Virus record (IMG/VR): IMGVR_UViG_3300021425_000031
Span: 2,584 to 66,583 of that record
Source: a virus
Length of the DNA stretch: 64,000 nucleotides
Strand: one strand, 5' to 3'
The notes below the pieces were generated by a model. The model saw only the letters and a program-made list of their open reading frames with translations, made no database searches and was not told the DNA's origin. A program made the translations under genes and the position numbers. Of the stretch, positions 1 to 8,500 are shown in pieces (positions within the stretch are counted from its first letter, which is position 1; the number at the start of each line of letters is the position of its first letter).

Positions 1-14
1 TTGTTCACTTTATC

Positions 15-329
15 ATGACAATGATCACTGATCCACAGGAACAAATTTCACACCTTATTGAGGCAATCAATGAGCAAAAGCAAAAGGTTGAGTATGAAAC
101 AAGCGTGCTAAAAGCACGTCAGGAGATGTTACTCAAACTCATGGATTCCCATGGGTTTGAGAGAATCAAGACCGACAATGGTTCGGTCACAGTGTGCGCT
201 GGAAAGCGTACAGTTGCTGTAACTGATCCCACCTTAAAGGCGGAAATTAAGTTACTTCAAGAGCGCGGAGTTCGCACCGGTAGGTGTGAAGAACGGATCG
301 GGCAACGTTATTGCATGATCCGCCGCTAA
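15..329 (+). CDS. hypothetical protein (coiled-coil N-terminus)
   Basis: 104-aa ORF in a GC-richer segment, followed by a hairpin/U-tract. No family confidently recognised. Confidence 0.65.
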   Translation: MTMITDPQEQISHLIEAINEQKQKVEYETSVLKARQEMLLKLMDSHGFERIKTDNGSVTVCAGKRTVAVTDPTLKAEIKLLQERGVRTGRCEERIGQRYCMIRR

Positions 330-338
330 GTTACAAAC

Positions 339-365
339 AGGGAGGCACAATCGCCTCCCTTTCTC
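339..365 (+). terminator. probable intrinsic terminator / stem-loop
   Basis: AGGGAGGC-acaatc-GCCTCCCT followed by a T-rich tract, directly after the stop of 15..329. Confidence 0.6.
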
Positions 366-390
366 TCACTTTTCCACCGCAACTTTCGCC

Positions 391-696
391 ATGACCGCTA
401 CACTTTCCAAGCAAATTCGCATCCGTTGGGAATACTCTGGATTGGAAGATACAGTCAACGTGTTGATGGAAATTAACCGCAACGGTTCACCTAACGCGGA
501 AAGTAAGGCAGCATACATTAGAACAATTGCCTACAATTATGCTGTGGCATGTGAACTTAAAGGTGAGATCCCAACTATAACTGGAACTGGCGGATGGTAC
601 GTTACATTCTTTCCGGCAGAATCTGAGGAGTTCGATTATGGCGTGGAGGTTACTTTAATGCCCTACGTTGTAGCGAAACACCTAGGATTGCGTTGA
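391..696 (+). CDS. hypothetical protein
   Basis: 101-aa ORF with ATG start; no family recognised. Confidence 0.65.
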   Translation: MTATLSKQIRIRWEYSGLEDTVNVLMEINRNGSPNAESKAAYIRTIAYNYAVACELKGEIPTITGTGGWYVTFFPAESEEFDYGVEVTLMPYVVAKHLGLR

Positions 697-706
697 GTTA
701 GGTATA

Positions 707-810
707 CGTTCGTGGGCGGCAGTTGTTTATACTCTGCCGCCCTAATCACGAACGATTAGGATACTTTATTCATTCGTGTTTGACAGTTAAGCGATCCTTA
801 TAGGTGGATC
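707..810. repeat. inverted repeats in a non-coding gap
   Basis: CGTTCGTG-GGCGGCAG..CTGCCGCC-ctaat-CACGAACG (707-753) and CGATCC..GGATCG (792-810). Confidence 0.7.
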
Positions 811-959
811 GGGGGGCGCGATATAAAAACGCAACACTACCCTAACCTACAAAGTGTTACCCAAGCGTGTCTTTTATTTCACTCATAAGAAAAAAAATCC
901 GCCCAGTATAAAAAATGACATAACCTTCATATATAAAAATCGAAACATATATTGAAAAA

Positions 960-1136
960 ATGAAAAAAAATTCCTCAGAAAATTTTAGGCCCCTAGAAGT
1001 CGATCCAATTAGTGGGGAATATTATGTTACAATACCTGAGTGGATTGTAAATGATCTTGCATGGTATGAAGATACTGAAATAGAATTTACAATTGATGGA
1101 AAAGAAATTATACTTTCAGAGAGGGAAGATGACTGA
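960..1136 (+). CDS. small AbrB/SpoVT-like DNA-binding protein (58 aa, not in ORF track)
   Basis: Hand translation MKKNSSENFRPLEVDPISGEYYVTIPEWIVNDLAWYEDTEIEFTIDGKEIILSEREDD. The VTIP..I...L.W.....IEF..DG..IIL pattern fits the swapped-hairpin AbrB fold. The stop overlaps the next ATG (ATGACTGA). Confidence 0.7.
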   Translation: MKKNSSENFRPLEVDPISGEYYVTIPEWIVNDLAWYEDTEIEFTIDGKEIILSEREDD

Positions 1137-1320
1137 AACATTCTATCACATATACTTAAAAGAAAAGTGCATATACCATTCATTAACTGAAGATGAATTT
1201 AATTCTACTTGGAAGGTAATCTCAGATTTTCTTTCAATCGTAGATGAGCATAAAAAGACACAACTTTCATATGAGAAGGTAATCCTTTCAAAAGAGATTA
1301 TATTAAACTCTTCCCATTGA
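1129..1320 (+). CDS. hypothetical protein (63 aa)
   Basis: Same frame as track ORF 1093..1320. The ATG at 1129 is coupled to the upstream stop and preceded by GAGGGA. Confidence 0.7.
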   Translation: MTETFYHIYLKEKCIYHSLTEDEFNSTWKVISDFLSIVDEHKKTQLSYEKVILSKEIILNSSH

Positions 1321-1345
1321 CAAAACACTATATACTTGGTATGAT
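1317..1345 (+). promoter_or_regulatory. sigma70-type promoter
   Basis: TTGACA (1317-1322), 17-nt spacer, TATGAT (1340-1345) with an upstream TG; 22 nt before the glycosyltransferase ATG. Confidence 0.7.
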
Positions 1346-1367
1346 ACTGAAGTAACTACTTTCAATT

Positions 1368-2120
1368 ATGGCAAAAGGATTTACTGTAAAAGCAAAAGCG
1401 CCGGAGAAAACAGAACCAGAATGGGACTATGATCTGGCAAAAGAAATGATAAAGGGGAAATCAGTAGTTTTCTGTTTACCTGGAAGAGGAGTTTCTTATA
1501 CTTACCTCAAAAATTTTGTTCAACTTTGTTTTGATATTGTTCAGTCTGGGGGAAGTATTCAAATCTCGCAGGACTATTCATCGATGGTAAACTTTGCAAG
1601 ATGCAAATGTTTAGGTGCGAATGTACTGCGTGGACCTGATCAAATTCCCTGGAACGGAAAGTTAAATTATGATTGGCAACTTTGGATTGACTCAGATATT
1701 GTCTTTACAACTGAAAAATTCTGGCAATTAATTTTACTTGATAAAGATATTGCATCTGGATGGTATTGCACAGAAGATGGCAGAACAACCTCAGTTGCTC
1801 ACTGGATGGAAGAAGACGACTTTAGAAATAATGGAGGAGTCATGAATCATGAAACTCTTGAAAGTATTTCAAAGCGTCGCAAGCCTTTCACCGTTGACTA
1901 TGCAGGATTCGGATGGATTCTAATTAAAAATGGCGTATTTGAACATCCAGAAATGAAGTATCCGTGGTTTGCCCCAAAAATGCAAGTCTTTGAATCTGGA
2001 GAAGTTCAGGATATGTGTGGAGAAGATGTATCATTCTGTTTGGATGCAAAGGAAGCAGGATTTGAAATTTGGTGCGACCCACGTATTAGAGTCGGTCACG
2101 AAAAAACAAGAATTATTTGA
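1368..2120 (+). CDS. GT-A fold (GT2-like) glycosyltransferase
   Basis: DxD motif (LWIDSDIVF), GFGWILI, GEDVSFC and C-terminal RVGHEK, typical of the GT2-like family conserved in T4-like cyanophages. Confidence 0.8.
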   Translation: MAKGFTVKAKAPEKTEPEWDYDLAKEMIKGKSVVFCLPGRGVSYTYLKNFVQLCFDIVQSGGSIQISQDYSSMVNFARCKCLGANVLRGPDQIPWNGKLNYDWQLWIDSDIVFTTEKFWQLILLDKDIASGWYCTEDGRTTSVAHWMEEDDFRNNGGVMNHETLESISKRRKPFTVDYAGFGWILIKNGVFEHPEMKYPWFAPKMQVFESGEVQDMCGEDVSFCLDAKEAGFEIWCDPRIRVGHEKTRII

Positions 2121-2284
2121 TGTCTAACGAATATTACAATATTCTTTGCAAGGGTCGTAAAATATATACTAACCTTACAGAAGAAGAATACTTAGATGTA
2201 ATGATAGACCTGTCTCAGGATTTTTATGAGACAGGTTCTCCAAAACCTGAAGATCTTGAAACTGAAATTGTATTGAGGAATTAA
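2120..2284 (+). CDS. hypothetical protein (54 aa, not in ORF track)
   Basis: MSNEYYNILCKGRKIYTNLTEEEYLDVMIDLSQDFYETGSPKPEDLETEIVLRN; ATG overlaps the upstream TGA. Confidence 0.7.
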   Translation: MSNEYYNILCKGRKIYTNLTEEEYLDVMIDLSQDFYETGSPKPEDLETEIVLRN

Positions 2285-2286
2285 AC

Positions 2287-2430
2287 ATGGCAAAAGGTGG
2301 ATCATTTAAAAACAATTCTTATATTCCCGGACCTCCCAAAAAGTCTCGCCAAGGCAAGGGTGCAGGAACTAAATATGCTGCTTCTTCTCGAAATGGTGCA
2401 AAAAAGAAATATAGGGGACAAGGAAAATAA
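2287..2430 (+). CDS. small basic protein (47 aa, not in ORF track)
   Basis: MAKGGSFKNNSYIPGPPKKSRQGKGAGTKYAASSRNGAKKKYRGQGK; GAGGA RBS upstream and a terminator downstream. The KKYRGQG end resembles small basic ORFs near gp25 in T4-like phages. Confidence 0.75.
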   Translation: MAKGGSFKNNSYIPGPPKKSRQGKGAGTKYAASSRNGAKKKYRGQGK

Positions 2431-2443
2431 TATTATTTTTTGG

Positions 2444-2467
2444 AGTCGGAACATTCCGACTTTTTTA
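2444..2467 (+). terminator. intrinsic terminator
   Basis: AGTCGGA-aca-t-TCCGACT followed by a T run. Confidence 0.7.
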
Positions 2468-2503
2468 TTATCCAAAATAAATAATTTTTTACATAAAAAT
2501 GAA

Positions 2504-2845
2504 TTGGAACACTTTTCAATGGGAAAACATCTGCTCTTAGAAGTCTATGATGTTGATTTTTTATTACTCAATGACAGTAATACCCTTCAAAATATCATGA
2601 TTAGGGGTATAAATCGTGCAAAAATGACTATTTTGAATGTTTTTTCTCATTGTTTTGTTCCTCAAGGATGTACAATCGTTATTGCTCTTGCAGAAAGTCA
2701 TGTTTCTTGTCACACATGGCCCGAAAATGGATGTCTTGCTATTGATGTGTACACTTGTGGAGATAAAAATCCCAAATTAATCGCCGTAGAACTCTTAAAA
2801 TACTTAAATTCTGATAATTATAGTATTAGAGAAATAAATCGTTAA
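2504..2845 (+). CDS. speD: pyruvoyl-dependent S-adenosylmethionine decarboxylase proenzyme family
   Basis: MGKHLLLEVY...LAESHVSCHTWPE...IDVYTCG, with the ESH autocleavage motif. The start is probably TTG 2504 or ATG 2519, after late-promoter-like ATAAATA at 2477. Confidence 0.9.
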   Translation: MEHFSMGKHLLLEVYDVDFLLLNDSNTLQNIMIRGINRAKMTILNVFSHCFVPQGCTIVIALAESHVSCHTWPENGCLAIDVYTCGDKNPKLIAVELLKYLNSDNYSIREINR

Positions 2846-2912
2846 ATAAAAATAAGGAGATAGCAACCTCCTTTATAAAAGTTCTGTTTTATTCATTAAA
2901 ACAGGAGCTAAA

Positions 2913-3164
2913 ATGTCCAATTTACCAGTCGATAGAGACGAAAACTACATGTATAAAATGTGGGGAACAAAATCATTGTCAACTGATTACAATAGTTTAA
3001 ACAAAAAACCAAAAGTAATTCAAGAAATTATGCATGATGATGTTTCAAAAAGTCAACATTATTTAAAAGAGCAGTCTGAATTGCATCAAAAAATAAGAAA
3101 TCTGGATGATTATGATGATTGGGAGTATGGTACTGAGCCAAATTATGGTGTTTCTTGGAAATAG
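2913..3164 (+). CDS. hypothetical protein
   Basis: 83-aa ORF with AGGAG RBS, in the position upstream of gp25. Confidence 0.75.
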   Translation: MSNLPVDRDENYMYKMWGTKSLSTDYNSLNKKPKVIQEIMHDDVSKSQHYLKEQSELHQKIRNLDDYDDWEYGTEPNYGVSWK

Positions 3165-3194
3165 AGATAAATAAGTAAAGAATTTGTGTAAATA

Positions 3195-3596
3195 ATGTCA
3201 GTTACTAGGATATCTAGATCTTTTAAAGATATTAGTTTATCTTTTGAGCCACATCCCGTAACTAAAGATTTGCCCGTTTTGACCAATCAACGGGCAATTA
3301 TAAGATCTGTTCGCAATTTAGTTGAAACTATTCCCACTGAAAGATTTTTTAATCCTACAATAGGTTCTAATGTAAGAGAAAGTTTATTTGATTTCGTTGA
3401 TTATGCAACTGCAGACATAATTAAAGACCAAATTTTTGAAGCGATTACCAACTATGAACCAAGAGTTACAAATATAATTGTACAAGTTGATCCAATCCCA
3501 GATTTAAATGAGTTTGAGGTTACTATTACCTTTAATATTATTGGTCAAGACATTCCCACACAGCAATTTTCATTCATATTAGAGGCAACAAGATAA
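3195..3596 (+). CDS. gp25: baseplate wedge subunit gp25
   Basis: FKDISLSF..HPVT.D, ERFFNP.IGS and YEPRV motifs; ATAAATA at 3167. Confidence 0.93.
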   Translation: MSVTRISRSFKDISLSFEPHPVTKDLPVLTNQRAIIRSVRNLVETIPTERFFNPTIGSNVRESLFDFVDYATADIIKDQIFEAITNYEPRVTNIIVQVDPIPDLNEFEVTITFNIIGQDIPTQQFSFILEATR

Positions 3597-3597
3597 A

Positions 3598-5553
3598 ATG
3601 CCTTTCACTAAATTTACAAATCTAGATTTTGATCAAATAAAAACCTCAATCAAAGATTATCTCCGTGCCAACTCATCATTCACGGACTTTGATTTTGAGG
3701 GTTCTAATTTTTCTATATTAATTGATACTTTAGCGTATAACACGTATATCACAGCTTTTAACTCAAATATGGTCATAAATGAGTCTTTTTTAGACTCAGC
3801 AACCGTTAGAGAAAACGTAGTTTCTCTTGCAAGAAACATCGGTTATGTACCATATTCCAGAAACGCTGCAAGTGCTACAATATCATTTACTGTAAATGTA
3901 CCTCCAAGCAGTTTTTTAAGCGATAATACGCCAGTTTATACACCAACAGTAACTCTACAAGCAGGACTTGTCTGCACTGGTTCGGTAAGAGGAACATCTT
4001 ATGTATTTTCTACTCCAGAAAATATTACAGTTCCAGTTATAAATGGTGTGGCAACATTTAGCAATATTATAATCAAAGAAGGAACTTTTCTTACCAAAAA
4101 GTTTACTGTTAATGCATCTTTAGATCAAAAATTTATACTTGATAACTCCTTTATTGATACTTCCACAATTAGAGTCTACGTAAAAGGTTCTAGTGATAGT
4201 GGATTGGGAATAAAATATTCTTTGGCAGACAATATTTTTAATGTAAATTCAAATTCTCAAATCTTTTTAATTCAGGAAGTACAAGACGAAAAATATCAAC
4301 TTCTTTTTGGTGATGGATTCTTTGGACAAAAACCAGAAAATGGGGCAATAATTACTAGTAACTACATCATTACAAGTGGAAAAGATGGTAATGGTGTAGA
4401 AACATTCTCTTTTGCAGGTTCTTTAAGAGATGCCGACGATGGTAACGTAATACCGCAGAATACAATTACAGTTATTACGAATCAAAGGTCACAAAATGGA
4501 TCTGACATTGAAACCATAGACTCTATTCGTTATTTTGCTCCTCGACTATATGCATCTCAATATAGAGCAGTAACTGCAAGTGACTATGAAACTATCATTA
4601 AGTCCAAGATATATGGTAATGCGGAGTCAATTTCTGTGATTGGTGGAGAAGAGTTAACACCACCACAGTTTGGAACAGTCTTAATCAGCATAAAACCAAA
4701 AAATGGTACATTTGTTTCGGATTTTGATAAAGAAAATATACTTGCAAAACTAAGGCAGTATAGTGTTTCTGGAATTAATCCTAAAATAATCGACCTTAAG
4801 ATTCTTTATGTTGAGATTGAGTCATACATTTACTATAATCAAAACCAGGTTGCATCTGCTTCCGACCTAAAAACTAGGGTAAATAACTCTCTTACGAAGT
4901 ATTCAGAGTCTGTAGATTTAAATAAATTTGGTGGAAGATTTAAATATAGTAAACTTTTACAAGTTATAGACAATACTGATAGTGCCATTACTTCAAATAT
5001 AACAAGAGTTAGAATAAGAAGAGATTTTAAGGCTCTTGTAAATCAGCAGGCACAATATGAGATATGTTTTGGAAATCAATTTCATGCAAATCAATATGGA
5101 TACAATATTAAATCGACTGGATTTAAGATTTTAAACGAACCTGACACTGTTTATTTTAGCGACGTTCCTAATTCTGATGGCAAAACTGGCGTAATTGCTA
5201 TCGTAAAACCTACCACAGAAACTAGTGTAGAAGAACAGGCAAATCTTTCTCTACAACCATATGTTGTTGTGCAGTCTGCTGGAGTTGTTAATTATGAAAC
5301 TGGTGAAATAACTATCAATACAATTACATTAACATCAACCGAAAGAGATAATGATATTATTGAAATACAAGCATACCCCGAATCAAATGATGTTGTTGGT
5401 CTGAAAGATCTTTATGTTTCTTTTGACATTTCAAAAAGTCAAATAAATATGGTAAAGGATACTATTGCATCTGGTGAGGATATTTCTGGTGTTGTCTTCA
5501 CAAAAAATTCTTATCGCTCAAGTTATTCAAATGGAAGTTTAACGAGGTCATAA
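3598..5553 (+). CDS. gp6: baseplate wedge subunit gp6
   Basis: LDFDQIK..., FTDFDFEGS, LAYNT, ESFLDSAT.RENVVSLA, RAVTASDY. Confidence 0.95.
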   Translation: MPFTKFTNLDFDQIKTSIKDYLRANSSFTDFDFEGSNFSILIDTLAYNTYITAFNSNMVINESFLDSATVRENVVSLARNIGYVPYSRNAASATISFTVNVPPSSFLSDNTPVYTPTVTLQAGLVCTGSVRGTSYVFSTPENITVPVINGVATFSNIIIKEGTFLTKKFTVNASLDQKFILDNSFIDTSTIRVYVKGSSDSGLGIKYSLADNIFNVNSNSQIFLIQEVQDEKYQLLFGDGFFGQKPENGAIITSNYIITSGKDGNGVETFSFAGSLRDADDGNVIPQNTITVITNQRSQNGSDIETIDSIRYFAPRLYASQYRAVTASDYETIIKSKIYGNAESISVIGGEELTPPQFGTVLISIKPKNGTFVSDFDKENILAKLRQYSVSGINPKIIDLKILYVEIESYIYYNQNQVASASDLKTRVNNSLTKYSESVDLNKFGGRFKYSKLLQVIDNTDSAITSNITRVRIRRDFKALVNQQAQYEICFGNQFHANQYGYNIKSTGFKILNEPDTVYFSDVPNSDGKTGVIAIVKPTTETSVEEQANLSLQPYVVVQSAGVVNYETGEITINTITLTSTERDNDIIEIQAYPESNDVVGLKDLYVSFDISKSQINMVKDTIASGEDISGVVFTKNSYRSSYSNGSLTRS

Positions 5554-5554
5554 T

Positions 5555-8500
5555 ATGGTGCAGAATGGTTTCGAATCAAGAGTAAAAGTACAACAAATAA
5601 TTGATAGTCAATTACCAGAGTTTATTTTAGATGAAAGTTCAAAAGCATCTGAATTTTTAAAGCAATATTATATCTCTCAAGAATATCAGGGTGGACCAAC
5701 AGATATTGTTGAGAACTTAGACCAATATATAAATCTCGATAGTCTCATCCCTGAGGTTATAATAGGTAGTGTTGTTCTTGAAAATAACATTACTACAACC
5801 AGTACTACAATAGAAGTAGAGAGTACTAAAGGATTTCCTTCACAGTATGGTTTATTGAAAATTGATGATGAGATTATAACTTATACTGGTTCAACTGAGA
5901 CATCTTTCACTGGATGTATTCGTGGATTCAGTGGCATTACGAATTATCATAAAGATCTCCAGTATGAAGAGTTAGTTTTTAGTGAATCTTCTGCGGCAGC
6001 ACATACTTCTGGTGCCACAATTCAAAATTTAAGTTCTCTGTTTTTACAAGAATTTTATAAAAAGATCAAGTTTAGTTTAACTCCTGGTTTAGAATCTGTA
6101 GATTTTACCGAAAATCTAAATGTTGGTAATTTCATAAAGGAAGCAAGATCTCTTTATGAATCTAAGGGGACAAATGAGTCTTTTAGAATTCTATTTAATG
6201 TTTTATTTGGAGAAACGCCAAGCGTAGTAGACTTAGAAAGATTTTTAATTAAACCATCAGACGCCAGTTTTATAAGAAGAGATGTAGCAGTAGTTGATGT
6301 TATATCTGGAGATCCTACTAGATTAAAAGGTCAGACAATTTATAAATCTACTGACGAAAATACTAGTGCTTCTGTTTCTGAAGTGGAAGCAATTACTAGA
6401 AAGGGAAAGACTTATTATAAACTTAATTTCTTTGTAGGTTATGATGATAGTTATCCCAACGTTACGGGAACTTTTTCAATAACACCAAATACTAAGGTAG
6501 TTGAAAATGTAACCTTAGATTCTACCAATAGTGGTGTAATTACAGTAGATTCTACTGTAGGATTTAGAGAATCTGGGTTTGTTTTTTATAATGGAAATCA
6601 AATTTTTTATACAGAAAAAACTATCAACCAATTTTTAGGTTGCTATGTAAATTCTAATCAATCTATTAATATTAACAAAAAATCATCTTTAGCATCTGAT
6701 GAAACCTATTATGGATATGAAAATGGTGATACTTCTAAAAAAGTAGAATTTATAATTACTGGAGTACTATCCAATATTATTATTGATTCTAATTCATATA
6801 GTTTTCTGGAAGGAGAAGAGATATATCCACAAAATCTTGGGCAAATTATAGAAAAAGGTAGTAGCACAAAACAAATATTTGCTAATAGTTGGATTTATAA
6901 TACAAGTTCCAGATATCAACTAGATTCATTTGCAAGCAATACTATAACAACAAAATCTACAATCGATAACACAAGTTTATCTGTTGGGGACAAAATTGAA
7001 ATCTTAAGAAGAAATACTGAATCTGTAGTTACAACTTTTGATGATGTCAATGTTTTATCAATCTCCAACAATACTATTACTATCGATAAAAATACATCAG
7101 GATTGAATTCTTTAGATAAGTATGATATTAGAAGAAAGGTTAAAAAGGTATCATCTTCATTAGTACCTATTCAATTTGGGAATGATAAGATAACATCAGA
7201 TGTGCAAAATGTTTATTCTGAAAATTCCAAAGATCTTTATGTATCTTCTAATTCACTTCCATCATATCCTTTACAAACAAATGTTTTTGAGTATACTGTA
7301 ATTGGTTTGTTAGAAAAAAGTGAAAATGAAAATTATAGTGTTATTGATTTTGGAATTAATCAGGTAGTTTCTTTTATAACTGGAGATAGGGTATATTACT
7401 ATCCAGATGAAACTGGTTTAATAGAGGGTTTAGAAGAGAGAGATTACTATGTTGAAGTCTTAAAGAATGATGATGTTGATGTCAGCAATCGCAGAATTAG
7501 ACTTTACTTGAGCAATCCTAGTATTGGATCAGACGACTATGTTTCTTTTGGAAAATTATCTAATGGAGTTGTAACTGGAACACATAAATTTGTATTATAC
7601 TCTCAAAGATCAAAATTAATTTCTCCACAAAAACTTCTTAAAAAGTTTAGTATAGAGCAGACAATTGGTAATAATAAAATATATGAAACCATTCCTGGAC
7701 CAATTGGTCTTTTGAAAAATGGAGTTGAAATATACAACTACAAAACAAATGATAAAATTTACTATGGCCCATTAGAAACTGTTAATGTTTTAAGTGGTGG
7801 GAGTGGATATGATGTTATAAATCCACCCTCTCTTACTTTATCTAGTGGAAGTGCTCTTATACAACCTGTAGTAAAAGGATCTGTTGAAAAAATATTTGTA
7901 GACCCGCAAGATTTTGATATTGATATTGTAGTCTCTATAACACTAACAGGTGGAAATGGATTTGGGGCAAGTTTTGAACCAGTTATAGAAAAATTTGTTA
8001 GAGAAATTGAATTTGATGCTAGACCAATTTCTAGTGGAGGTGGATTAGATTCTATAAATGAAAGAATCGCATTTACAAAAAATCATAACTTAACTAATGG
8101 TCAACCAATTATCTACAATAGTAACAATTCTAGTGCTATAGGAATTGGAACTTTTGGTGGATCTGAGTTAGACCAGTCTAAAACTTTGTTAAATGGATCC
8201 ACCTATTATCCAAAGGTAATCAATGATAGAACTATAGAAATATATGAATCTTTTTCCGACTATGCTTCTGGAATCAATACGGTAGGATTTACTACTATTG
8301 GAAATTCTGGTATTCAGAAATTTAAAACTAATCTTACAAATAGACTAACAGGAATTAAAGTTATTGATGGTGGAAGTGATTATAGCAATAGAAAACTTAG
8401 AGTCAAACCAGTTGGTATTTCTACATATACTCACACTGTAGAATTTAAGAATCACGGATTTTCCGATGGAGAAATTGTAACATATACTTATGAAACTAAT

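Noticed and set aside
1093-1128. Upstream start of track ORF 1093..1320
   Set aside because: It overlaps the AbrB-like gene. The ATG at 1129 has an RBS and stop-start coupling.
2297-2503. N-terminal 69-aa extension of the speD ORF in the track
   Set aside because: It overlaps the better-supported small basic gene 2287..2430 in another frame and runs through a terminator. SpeD similarity starts only near MGKH.
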